In this document: positions 27,460-36,421 of the stretch, piece by piece
How the letters are laid out: the number at the start of each line of letters is the position of its first letter
Numbering within the stretch: position 1 is the first letter of the stretch
From: Phycisphaerae bacterium
GTDB taxonomy: Bacteria; Planctomycetota; Phycisphaerae; UBA1845; PWPN01
Direction: 5' to 3'
Length of the DNA stretch: 64,000 bases
NCBI GenBank assembly: GCA_012729395.1
Contig: JAAYDF010000334.1
Location: 1,714-65,713 of the forward strand
Translations under genes and position numbers: made by a program
Notes under the pieces: model-generated
Databases searched by the model: none
What the model was told of the DNA's origin: nothing
What the model saw: only the letters and a program-made list of their open reading frames with translations

Positions 27460-29337
27460 ATGAGCACTGCCTCTCTTCTCCTGGCGTCGAGCGAGGCCGG
27501 TTCGCTGGCCGGCCACTTCACCTGGATCGACTGGATGGTCGTCTTTGGCTACCTGGCGCTCACCACCGTCATCGGTGGGGCCTTGGCCGGCAAGCAGGCC
27601 ACCATCCGCGACTTCTTCCTCGGCGGCCGAAAGCTGCCCTGGTATGCCGTCTCCGGATCCATCATCGCCACCGAAATCAGCGCCCTGACCTTCGTCGGCG
27701 TGCCCTTCGTGGTCTTCAAGGACGGAGGCAATTTCACCTACCTGCAGCTCGGCGTATTCGGCTCGTTTTTCGCCCGCTTGATCGTCGGGTTCGTGCTCGT
27801 GCCCGCCTACTACAAACGTGAGATCTACAGCCCCTACGACTACATGGGTAACCAGCTCGGCAGCAGTGTCCGCTCGGTCACCACCGCCCTCTTCGCCCTC
27901 GGCGGTATCCTCAGCCAGTCCGCCCGGGTCTATCTCACCGCCGTGGTCCTCAACCTGATCCTCAGAGATCCCCTCAGCCAACTCGCCGCGTGGTCCGGCA
28001 TCAGCCCTTTGGCGTGGTCCATCTGGATCATCGGGGTCGTCGCCATCCTCTGGACCATCATGGGCGGCATCACCACGGTCATCTGGACCGACCTGATCCT
28101 CTTCCTCGTCTTCCTCCTCGGTGCCGTGGTCGCCCTGGTCTTCGTCATTCATGGGCTGCCCGGCGGATTGCGCGAGATGCTTTCCGTCGGCTATGACGCG
28201 GGCAAGTTCCAGTTCTTTGACTTCGACACCTCGCCACTCAAGGCCTACACCATCTGGACCGCGGCCATCGCCAGTACGTGGGGCGGCCTGGGGGCGTACG
28301 GCACCGACCAGTTGCTCGCCCAACGCATGTTCTGCTGCAAGGGCCCCAAGCAAGCCCGGCTGGCGATCATCGTCAGCTCGGCCGGCCAGCTCATCACCTT
28401 CACCGTCATGCTGGTGGGCGTCGGGCTCTTCGCCTACTACCAGCGGTCCCCGCTCGTCGGCGACGCCCTGGCCGCCTATGAGATGAAGGGTGAGAACATC
28501 TTCCCGATCTTCATCCTGAGCGTCATCCCGACCGGGCTAACCGGCTTGATCATTGCCGGCGTGTTCGCCGCCGCAATCTCCAGTCTCGACTCGATCCTCG
28601 CCGCCCTGGCGCAGACCGTGATGTCCGCTTTCTATCTGCCTTATCGCAAGCGAGCCGTCGAACGGCGACGCGGTACGGCCCTCCACCCCGACGACCCCGA
28701 AGAGCATCGCCACACCGTCGCTGTCTCTCGGATCTTCGTGATCTTCTGGGGCGTCGTTCTCTGCCTCATGGCCCAGTTGGCCGACGTGATCTCCCAGAAC
28801 TATCCCTCGATCCTGGATCTGGGGCTGGCCATGGCCGGCTACGCGGGCGGGGCTTTGCTGGCCGGCTTCCTGCTCGCCTTCCTCAGGCTGGGTATCGATG
28901 GTCGCGGCTATATCTGGTCGGCGCCGCTTTCCGTCCTGGCCGTCTTCGCCTTGGTCTGGCATTACCCCTGGACGCACATCGTCTGCTGGGTCGGCGGCGG
29001 CATCCTTCTGCTCATCTGGCTGTGGCCCATGATGCGCGAGGCCATGCTCCTGCCTGATGTCCAAGATGACCGGGAACAGCGCCGCCGCATGATTGCCCTC
29101 ATGGTTCGCGATTGGCCGCAAACCCTCATCCTCATCGCCGGCATCGCCCTGATGCTGCTCATCAACTACCACGGCTACTGGGAGGGACCGCCCAACGCCG
29201 AGACCGGCGCACCGACCTACCTGACCGTCGCCTGGCCCTGGTATGCTCCGCTGGGTTCGACTGTGGCCTTCGTCTGGGGCTTCCTCCTGGCCCGCCGCAA
29301 AGCGGACGAGGATCTCGCCGATCCGCTACCGGCCTGA
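27460..29337 (+). CDS. Sodium:solute symporter family (SSF) transporter
   Basis: 625 aa with about 13-15 TM helices. N-terminal SSF-type region (FFLGGRKLPWYAVSGSIIATEISALTFVGVP). RBS ggagg upstream. Confidence 0.9.
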   Translation: MSTASLLLASSEAGSLAGHFTWIDWMVVFGYLALTTVIGGALAGKQATIRDFFLGGRKLPWYAVSGSIIATEISALTFVGVPFVVFKDGGNFTYLQLGVFGSFFARLIVGFVLVPAYYKREIYSPYDYMGNQLGSSVRSVTTALFALGGILSQSARVYLTAVVLNLILRDPLSQLAAWSGISPLAWSIWIIGVVAILWTIMGGITTVIWTDLILFLVFLLGAVVALVFVIHGLPGGLREMLSVGYDAGKFQFFDFDTSPLKAYTIWTAAIASTWGGLGAYGTDQLLAQRMFCCKGPKQARLAIIVSSAGQLITFTVMLVGVGLFAYYQRSPLVGDALAAYEMKGENIFPIFILSVIPTGLTGLIIAGVFAAAISSLDSILAALAQTVMSAFYLPYRKRAVERRRGTALHPDDPEEHRHTVAVSRIFVIFWGVVLCLMAQLADVISQNYPSILDLGLAMAGYAGGALLAGFLLAFLRLGIDGRGYIWSAPLSVLAVFALVWHYPWTHIVCWVGGGILLLIWLWPMMREAMLLPDVQDDREQRRRMIALMVRDWPQTLILIAGIALMLLINYHGYWEGPPNAETGAPTYLTVAWPWYAPLGSTVAFVWGFLLARRKADEDLADPLPA

Positions 29338-29448
29338 GAATAGCCGACAGGATTGGCTGAACTGCACAGACGTCAGGGCACCCGACGGATCACGGAACCG
29401 ACTGTTCTCCGATCGTGGCGATAAGCCGCGATTCCACACGGGGCACCA

Positions 29449-29510
29449 CAGAGGCACTGAGAGCGCGGAGAGAAGCCGGCTTCCTTGCTTCTCCATGCGC
29501 TCCGTGTCTG
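29449..29510. repeat. Imperfect hairpin repeat, cactgag..cgcggagaraagc family (copy 1)
   Basis: Arms at 29449-29476 and 29487-29510. The left arm matches the left arm of copy 2 (30080-30107) at about 20 of 24 positions. Confidence 0.6.
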
Positions 29511-29690
29511 CGGGATGACGCCTTTGAGCCCGTGGCCTGGGTTTGGGGAGCACCGGGGAGCGATCGCTGGGCATGATCGTTGTGTTTGCCAGTACAACGG
29601 GATGGAGTCGATAATCCCCCCCCCCAGGACCGGGGGCATGGACCCGCTTCGGTGGTGTACGTCGCGTGCTGCATCATGAGGAACCGAATC

Positions 29691-30215
29691 ATGCTAGCAC
29701 ACGAGAAGCTTACGAGCCGGGTTATTGCTGCGGCCATCGATGTGCATCGCCATCTTGGCCCCGGACTGCTCGAATCGGCATACGAGCGATGCCTCTGCCA
29801 CGAACTGGAGCTGGCTAGGATCCCTTTTCATCGGCAGGCACCTCTCCCAGTTATCTACAAGGGCATCAGCCTGGACTGCGGGTATGACATGGATGTGGTT
29901 GTCGATCAGAAGGTGGTTCTGGAACTCAAGGCGGTCGAACGGCTTCTGCCCGTTCACGAGGCCCAACTGCTGACTTATTTGAAGCTGGGGGGCTACCGGG
30001 TTGGACTGCTCATCAACTTCAATGTTCCGGTCCTCAAGGACGGCGTCAAACGCCTCGTACTTCGAACCAGAGGGCAACAGGGAGACACTGAGGTCGCGGA
30101 GAAAAGCCGGAATCTTCTCCGTGTCCTCAGTGCCCCCGTGGTGCACTTCGAGGTCTTGTGGGCCGTCCGAGGCGAGGTTCCTACAATCTCGCGGTTGCCG
30201 AGCGATGTCAGGTAG
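29691..30215 (+). CDS. GxxExxY protein (PD-(D/E)XK nuclease-like fold family)
   Basis: LTSRVIAAAIDVHRHLGPGLLESAYERCLCHEL matches the GxxExxY motif context, followed by DMDVVVDQKVVLELKAV and LLINFN. The conserved part ends near 30075; the remaining about 45 codons run through hairpin repeat copy 2. ATG 29676 is an alternative start. Confidence 0.8.
   Translation: MLAHEKLTSRVIAAAIDVHRHLGPGLLESAYERCLCHELELARIPFHRQAPLPVIYKGISLDCGYDMDVVVDQKVVLELKAVERLLPVHEAQLLTYLKLGGYRVGLLINFNVPVLKDGVKRLVLRTRGQQGDTEVAEKSRNLLRVLSAPVVHFEVLWAVRGEVPTISRLPSDVR
30080..30137. repeat. Imperfect hairpin repeat, same family (copy 2)
   Basis: gggagacactgaggtcgcggagaaaagc (30080-30107) and cttctccgtgtcctcagtgccccc (30114-30137) are near reverse complements. 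Confidence 0.6.
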
Positions 30216-30253
30216 CCGCACGGCGGCGTCTGAATCAACAGGAGGTTCCACAC

Positions 30254-30835
30254 ATGGTCCGCGTCGACTCGACGATGTTGCCGCTGGGCACACCGGCCCC
30301 TGACTTTCGCCTGCCGGACACCGAAGGCAAGCCGGTGTCGCTCGGAGATTTCCAGGATGCCCCGGCCCTGCTGGTGATGTTCATCTGCAACCACTGCCCG
30401 TACGTCAAGCACATCCGCGCCCCGCTGGCCGTCCTGTGCCGCGAGTTTCAGGAGAAGGGAATCGCCGTCGTGGGGATCAACTCCAACGACGCCGAGAGAT
30501 ACCCGGACGACAGCCCGGAGATGATGTGCCGCGAAGTCGTCGCGGCTGGGTACACCTTTCCCTATCTCCACGACGAAACGCAGGAGGTGGCCAAAGCATA
30601 CCGGGCGGCCTGCACGCCAGATTTCTTCCTCTTCGACCGCCAGCAAAGGCTTGTCTACCGCGGCCAGCTCGACGACAGCCGGCCGAGCAACGGCAAGCCG
30701 GTCAACGGCTCCGATCTGCGAGCCGCGGTCGAGGCCGTGCTCGCCGGCCGGCCGACCCCTGTCGACCAGAAACCCAGCGCAGGATGCAATATCAAATGGA
30801 AGCCTGGCAACCAGCCCGATTACTTCAACGGGTGA
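30254..30835 (+). CDS. Thioredoxin-fold (AhpC/TSA-like) protein
   Basis: RBS aggagg precedes ATG 30254. Contains PAPDFRLPDTEGKPVSLGDF and a CxxC-type centre (FICNHCPYV). Confidence 0.85.
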   Translation: MVRVDSTMLPLGTPAPDFRLPDTEGKPVSLGDFQDAPALLVMFICNHCPYVKHIRAPLAVLCREFQEKGIAVVGINSNDAERYPDDSPEMMCREVVAAGYTFPYLHDETQEVAKAYRAACTPDFFLFDRQQRLVYRGQLDDSRPSNGKPVNGSDLRAAVEAVLAGRPTPVDQKPSAGCNIKWKPGNQPDYFNG

Positions 30836-32391
30836 TCGAAACTCGTCGTCCAACGCGAAGTGGTGAGATGGTGCTTGCGAAGCTTGTGGTAGAAGGTGCG
30901 CCGGCTCAAACCCAGACGATCCGCCAGGCCCGCGTGCGTGCTTTGCAGACGCTGCAGGGCCTCGCGCAGGATCACGGCCTCGAACTCGTCGAGAATCTCT
31001 GAGAGGTTCATCCGCCCGCCCTGGACCAGGGCCGTCGCCGCGGACGTCAGCGCCTCCGTCACGTCCGCCTCTTCGCGACGGCTCACCTGACGCGCCAACA
31101 CGTTCGGCGGTATGTCGCTCAGCTCCAGCCGCGTCCCCGCTCGCTTGAACGCCAGAATTCGCCGAACCGCGTTCTCCAACTCCCGCACGTTTCCCGTCCC
31201 GACCGAACGAGTCAGAACCTCATAAACCTCAGCATCCACCGACTCAATCCCCGGCGGGTAATACGACGCATACCGACGCAGGAAAAACTGGACCAGCAGC
31301 GGCACGTCCTCCGGCCGCTTGCGTAGCGGAGGAATCTCCAGGGCAATCACGTTCAACCGTTGGTACAAATCCAGCCGAAACTCATTCTGCTCTACCAACA
31401 CCGGCAACGGACGATTGCACGAAGCGATCACCCGGACGTCGATTCCCTCCTCCTCGTCCCCGCCGACCGGCAGAACCCGACTCTCCTGCAAGACACGCAG
31501 CAACTTCGGCTGGAGCACCTTGTCCAACTCGCTGATCTCATCCAGCAGGATGGTCCCGCCCTCCGCGGAGCGAAAACATCCCAGCCGATTTTCCGTCGCC
31601 CCGGTGAACGCGCCTTTCCGGTGCCCAAACAACGCGCTCTCCGCCAGCGTGCCCGCGATGGCCGCACAGTTTACCGTCACGAACGGGCGGCGCCGCCGCT
31701 TCGGGTCCATCCGGTGAATCGCCTCCGCCAGCAACTGCTTGCCGGTCCCGGACTCGCCCGTAATCAGCACCGGGGCATCCGAGATCAACGACGCCCGCTT
31801 GGCGTGAAAAAGCAGCTTGGCCATCAGCTCGCTCTTCCCCGCGATGCCCGTTTCGTCGAAAAGCCGCTGCGAGTGCAGCTCGCGGCCCTCGGCCAGATCC
31901 GCCTCGTACCGCGCGTACGCCTGATCCAGTCGCTCGACCACCCGGTCAAGGCTCTGACGCTCGTCCCAATGCACAAAGCCCGCCGCGCCCAGCGTCACCG
32001 CTTGGCAGCAGGTAACCAGATCAACGCCCCGCCCGACCAGCACCACCACTTGAGAAGCTGGCGACGCGCTCCGCAATCGCTCCAGCGTCCGCAAGCTGAC
32101 TCCAGCGTCCTCCGCAGGTACGGCACCCGCAGCGGATGACTCGGAACCGGATATATCGAGAAGAATCAGCGGATATGCTTGCACCGTCGCTTCAACGATC
32201 GCCTCCTCGGACGACGATACCTGCGCAACGGCAAAGCCGCACGCTCCTAAGTCGCGCGCGAGCCTCTCAGTAGAACCTCCCGCGAGGCGCACCAAAAGCA
32301 CGCCTGCCCGGCTAATGCGATTGACGTGCAACTCTCTCTCCCGCTCGCGAGGATGGGTAGCGTATGAACACGCTATCTGCCCGCTCCTCAC
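30820..32391 (-). CDS. Sigma-54-dependent transcriptional activator (NtrC family)
   Basis: Receiver-like N-domain. AAA+ core with Walker A GESGTGKQ, GAFTGA loop (GAFTGATE) and ILLDEISEL. C-terminal Fis-type HTH (LADRLGLSRRTFYHKLRKH). The start may instead be TTG 32331, preceded by gggagagagag. Confidence 0.9.
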   Translation of the reverse strand: MRSGQIACSYATHPRERERELHVNRISRAGVLLVRLAGGSTERLARDLGACGFAVAQVSSSEEAIVEATVQAYPLILLDISGSESSAAGAVPAEDAGVSLRTLERLRSASPASQVVVLVGRGVDLVTCCQAVTLGAAGFVHWDERQSLDRVVERLDQAYARYEADLAEGRELHSQRLFDETGIAGKSELMAKLLFHAKRASLISDAPVLITGESGTGKQLLAEAIHRMDPKRRRRPFVTVNCAAIAGTLAESALFGHRKGAFTGATENRLGCFRSAEGGTILLDEISELDKVLQPKLLRVLQESRVLPVGGDEEEGIDVRVIASCNRPLPVLVEQNEFRLDLYQRLNVIALEIPPLRKRPEDVPLLVQFFLRRYASYYPPGIESVDAEVYEVLTRSVGTGNVRELENAVRRILAFKRAGTRLELSDIPPNVLARQVSRREEADVTEALTSAATALVQGGRMNLSEILDEFEAVILREALQRLQSTHAGLADRLGLSRRTFYHKLRKHHLTTSRWTTSFDHPLK

Positions 32392-32815
32392 CTCTCCGAT
32401 ACGGGGCCGAGCGCCGACCTGAAACCACCTCGCTCGGCCCCCACTGTATGTTCAGTATAACCGCCCGGAACGGCAAAATGCAACGCCCAGACGACCTGCG
32501 AGCCGCAGTTTACCGGACCTCCCCTCAGGTTTCAAGCGGCCCGGCCACCCAGGCCCAACCCGAGAGCCGTGACAGAGTCGCGGTCCGGGGCGGTGGTTTG
32601 GGAATCGTAGCGGCCGCCTCACCCGCTGGAGAACAGCGCCTTTTGGCGGCGAACAGCCCATGACGAAACCGGCGGGATATCGTTGCCGGGACCAGGGCAA
32701 CCTGTTACTGTCCGTGACCTATGCTTCGCACATCCGTCAAGAAGCCGACTCGGTCCCAAGGGAGCGGCACGCCGCAGGTCGCTTGCCTTCCACTGGCCAC
32801 GGCAGGGAGCCGGCC

Positions 32816-34231
32816 ATGCCGCCACTAGATGATTCACATACGCTTTCGCCTGCCGACCGCGATCGGCTCGTTGCCTTGGACCGGGCCCATGTGTGGCACC
32901 CGTTCACCCAGCATGCCCTGTGGAACGAGGTGGACCCGCTGATCATCGTCGCGGGGGACGGCGAGTACCTCATCGACGCCGATGGTCGGCGTTACCTTGA
33001 CGGCCATTCGAGCCTGTGGTGCAACGTCCACGGACACCGTCGGCCGGAGATCGACCGGGCAATCATCGAGCAGCTTGGCCGGATCGCCCACAGCACGCAG
33101 CTCGGGCTGGCCTCGCCGCCGGCCATCGAGCTGGCCCAGCGTCTGGTCGAGATCGCCCCGCCGGGCCTGACCCGGGTCTTCTTTTCCGACGACGGCTCCA
33201 CCAGCGTCGAGGTGGCCGCCAAGCTGGCCTACGCCTACTGGCACCACCGCGGCCAGCCGCAGCGCGACCGGTTCATCAACCTGAGCCTCGCCTACCACGG
33301 CGATACCATCGGGTCGGTCAGTCTCGGCGGCATCGATCTCTTCCACCGCCTCTATCGTCCGCTGCTGTTCCCGACGCTGCCGGCCCCGACGCCCTACTGC
33401 TACCGCTGCCCGCTGGGTTTGTCACCGGATTCCTGCGGGCTGGCCTGTGCCGACGAGGTCGGGCGGCTCCTCGAACAACATGCCGGCCGTGTTGCCGCCG
33501 TCGTGATTGAGCCGCTCGTGCAGTGTGCCGGCGGGATCATCACCGCCCCACCGGGCCACCTGGCCCGCATCCGCGAGGCGTGCACCCGGCACAACACGTT
33601 GCTGATCGCCGACGAGGTCGCCACGGGTTTCGGTCGCACCGGCCGCATGTTCGCCTGCGACCACGAGCGCGTCGCCCCCGACCTGTTGTGCCTCTCTAAG
33701 GGACTGACCGGGGGTTATCTGCCCCTCGCGGTCACGCTGGCAACCGAGGAAATCTACGCCGCCTTCCTCGGCCCGATCGACAGCGGCCGTACCTTCTACC
33801 ACGGTCACACCTTCACCGGTAATCCGCTCGGGTGCGTCGCCGCTCTGGCTTCGCTGGACATCTTCGCCGCCGACCGGACGCTCGAGCATCTACCCACTCT
33901 GATCGAGTCCCTCGCCGTCCACCTTGCCCGCCTCGCCCGCAACCCACACGTCGGCGACGTGCGGCAATGGGGTTTGATCGCCGGCGTCGAGATCGTCCGC
34001 GACAAGGCGACGCGCGAGGCGTTCCCCTACGCCCGGCAGGTCGGCGCCCGCGTCTGCCATCACGCCCGCCGCTACGGCGTGATTCTCCGTCCTCTGGCCG
34101 ACACCATCGTCATCATGCCCCCGCTGTGCATCACGCCCGCCAACCTCGACCACCTCTTGCTCACCGTCGAACGTTGCATCAACGAGGTACTGCCGGCCAT
34201 CGAGACCGGCACCGCGGATGGGCTGGAGTGA
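32816..34231 (+). CDS. bioA: Adenosylmethionine-8-amino-7-oxononanoate aminotransferase
   Basis: Class III PLP aminotransferase. Contains HVWHPFTQ, LIADEVATGFGRTG, catalytic-Lys region LCLSKGLTGGYLPL and HGHTFTGNPL. Confidence 0.88.
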   Translation: MPPLDDSHTLSPADRDRLVALDRAHVWHPFTQHALWNEVDPLIIVAGDGEYLIDADGRRYLDGHSSLWCNVHGHRRPEIDRAIIEQLGRIAHSTQLGLASPPAIELAQRLVEIAPPGLTRVFFSDDGSTSVEVAAKLAYAYWHHRGQPQRDRFINLSLAYHGDTIGSVSLGGIDLFHRLYRPLLFPTLPAPTPYCYRCPLGLSPDSCGLACADEVGRLLEQHAGRVAAVVIEPLVQCAGGIITAPPGHLARIREACTRHNTLLIADEVATGFGRTGRMFACDHERVAPDLLCLSKGLTGGYLPLAVTLATEEIYAAFLGPIDSGRTFYHGHTFTGNPLGCVAALASLDIFAADRTLEHLPTLIESLAVHLARLARNPHVGDVRQWGLIAGVEIVRDKATREAFPYARQVGARVCHHARRYGVILRPLADTIVIMPPLCITPANLDHLLLTVERCINEVLPAIETGTADGLE

Positions 34232-34345
34232 CCGTTGATAACGCGAGCTGCCGATACCTCGCACAAACCGATGCCGAGTCAGGAGCCGGGTATTTCAGTC
34301 CACACGGCGCCTCTGCGGTGAATTGCCGGTGATCGCGTTTTACCG

Positions 34346-34378
34346 GCCGCGCGGGCTGAAACCCGCGGCTCGTTGGCG
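34346..34378 (+). repeat. REP family 1 singleton
   Basis: gccgcgcgggctgaaacccgcggctcgttggcg is the same hairpin and tail as the copies inside purH. It lies between bioA and the SDR gene. Confidence 0.7.
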
Positions 34379-34466
34379 TAGCGTGTCTCCACAGTCCGGC
34401 CGGCTTGGCAGCGGCGACGGGTGGGCGTAAAGTAGTGTCCGTTCAACGAGATATCCCCGGCAAGGA

Positions 34467-35255
34467 GTGCACAGCATGGTCAGCAAGCAGCCCGTCGCTT
34501 TGGTCACCGGAGGCTCCCGCGGCATCGGCCGGGGAATCGCTTTGGCTCTGGGCCAGGAGGGCTACACCGTCCTGATCAACTACAACAGCAACGTCGGCTC
34601 GGCGGTACAGACCAAGCACATGATCGAGCAGATGGGCGGCCAGGCGGAGACCTGCCAGGCGGACATCGCGGCCGGGCCCGACCGCGAGCTGTTGCTGGAT
34701 TACTGTATGGAGAACCTCGGGCGGCTCGACCTGCTGGTCAACAACGCGGGCATCGCTCCGCCCAAACGCATGGACCTGCTGGAGACCGACGAGAAAAACT
34801 ACGACAAGGTCATGACCACCAACCTCAAGGGGCCGTTCTTCCTCGCCCAGCGGGCGGCCAACCTGATGATCCAGGAACTGCAGAACAAGATCATCCCCTC
34901 CGGGTGCATCATCAACGTCTCCTCGATCAGCGCATATGCGGTCAGCGTCAACCGCGGCGAATACTGCATGAGCAAAGCGGGCGTGTCGATGATGACCAGC
35001 CTGCTGGCCGTCCGGCTGGCGGAGCACGGCATCCCGGTGTACGAAGTGCGGCCCGGAGTGGTCGATACCGACATGACCGCCGCGGTCAAGGAGAAATACG
35101 ACAAGCTCATCCGCGAGGGCTTCTCGCCTATCCGCCGCTGGGGCAAGCCCGCCGACGTGGGCAAAGCCGTGGCCATGCTGGCCCGCGGCGACCTGCCGTT
35201 CTCGACCGGCGAGGTCATCAACGTCGACGGTGGCTTCCACATACGGTATTTCTGA
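34467..35255 (+). CDS. SDR family oxidoreductase (3-oxoacyl-ACP reductase-like)
   Basis: TGGSRGIG cofactor motif, NNAG, and catalytic SS...YCMSK (YxxxK). Confidence 0.9.
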   Translation: MHSMVSKQPVALVTGGSRGIGRGIALALGQEGYTVLINYNSNVGSAVQTKHMIEQMGGQAETCQADIAAGPDRELLLDYCMENLGRLDLLVNNAGIAPPKRMDLLETDEKNYDKVMTTNLKGPFFLAQRAANLMIQELQNKIIPSGCIINVSSISAYAVSVNRGEYCMSKAGVSMMTSLLAVRLAEHGIPVYEVRPGVVDTDMTAAVKEKYDKLIREGFSPIRRWGKPADVGKAVAMLARGDLPFSTGEVINVDGGFHIRYF

Positions 35256-35290
35256 GTCAATTAGAACAAATTGACGAAAGGAGACCCGCC

Positions 35291-36391
35291 ATTTCCGCGC
35301 TGACCATCAAGCCTCCCGACGCGTGCCGATGGGACGCTGTCGCCCTCGGCGAAATCATGATCCGCCTCGACCCCGGCGATGGGCGCATCCGCACCGCGAG
35401 GCAGTTTCAGGCTTGGGAAGGCGGCGGCGAGTACAACGTCGCCCGGGGCCTGCGCCGTTGCTTCGGGTTGCGAACCGCGGTGGTCACCGCCATCGCGGAC
35501 AACGAGGTCGGCCGACTGCTCGAGGATCTCATCTTGCAGGGCGGCGTGGACATGTCCCACGTGAAGTGGGTGCCGTACGACGGCGTCGGACGGCGGGTGC
35601 GCAACGGCTTGAACTTCACCGAGCGGGGCTTCGGCGTGCGGGGGGCCAAGGGCTGCTCCGACCGCGGGCACACCGCCACCTCGCAGCTCAAGGGCGGCGA
35701 CATCAACTGGAAGCGCATCTTCAAGGACGAGGCGGCCCGCTGGTTCCACTGTGGGGGCATCTTCGCCGCTCTGTCGGAGACGACGCCCGACGTCGCCCGC
35801 GAGGCCATGATCGCCGCCAAGGAGGCGGGCACGATCATCTCCTACGACCTCAATTACCGGCCGTCGCTCTGGCAGGACATCGGCGGGCAGGCGCGAGCGC
35901 AGGAGGTCAACCGCGAGTTGGCCCCCTACGTCGATGTGATGATCGGCAACGAGGAAGACTTCAGTGCCGCCCTGGGCTTCGAGGTCGAGGGTGTTGACGA
36001 GCACCTCGCCCAGTTGGACCCGGCCCACTTCAAGAAGATGATCACCCGCGTGGTGGCCGCGTATCCCAACTTCAAGGCCGTCGCCACGACACTGCGTGCC
36101 GCCCGGACCGCGACAGTCAACGACTGGGGCGCGGTTCTGTGGTACGACGGTGAGTTCTACGAGGCCCTGCAGCGGCCGGGACTGGAGATCTTCGACCGCG
36201 TCGGCGGCGGGGACAGCTTCGCCAGCGGTCTGGTCTACGGGTTCCTGGCCGGCAAGACCCCCGAGCAGTGCGTCAACTACGGCGCCGCCCACGGTGCCCT
36301 GGCCATGACCACGCCGGGCGACACCAGCATGGCCACGCTCGCGGAGGTCGAGAAGGTCATGAAGGGCGGCAGCGCCCGCGTCGCCCGCTGA
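35291..36391 (+). CDS. PfkB-family sugar kinase (2-dehydro-3-deoxygluconokinase-like)
   Basis: The DAVALGEIMIRLDP N-terminal strand, GGGEYNVA and C-terminal DRVGGGDSFASGL are PfkB signatures. There is no ATG, GTG or TTG between the upstream gene and the conserved N-terminus. An in-frame ATT at 35291 lies 7 nt after aaaggaga. Start assignment is tentative. Confidence 0.8.
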   Translation: MSALTIKPPDACRWDAVALGEIMIRLDPGDGRIRTARQFQAWEGGGEYNVARGLRRCFGLRTAVVTAIADNEVGRLLEDLILQGGVDMSHVKWVPYDGVGRRVRNGLNFTERGFGVRGAKGCSDRGHTATSQLKGGDINWKRIFKDEAARWFHCGGIFAALSETTPDVAREAMIAAKEAGTIISYDLNYRPSLWQDIGGQARAQEVNRELAPYVDVMIGNEEDFSAALGFEVEGVDEHLAQLDPAHFKKMITRVVAAYPNFKAVATTLRAARTATVNDWGAVLWYDGEFYEALQRPGLEIFDRVGGGDSFASGLVYGFLAGKTPEQCVNYGAAHGALAMTTPGDTSMATLAEVEKVMKGGSARVAR

Positions 36392-36421
36392 CCAACCGTC
36401 GCTGGAGCCATCCAACCCGGC

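Noticed and set aside
32467-32482. Sigma-54 -24/-12-like element (ggaacggcaaaatgca) upstream of bioA
   Set aside because: The GG-to-GC spacing is one nucleotide too long and the flanks do not match TGGCAC/TTGCW. Probably a chance match.
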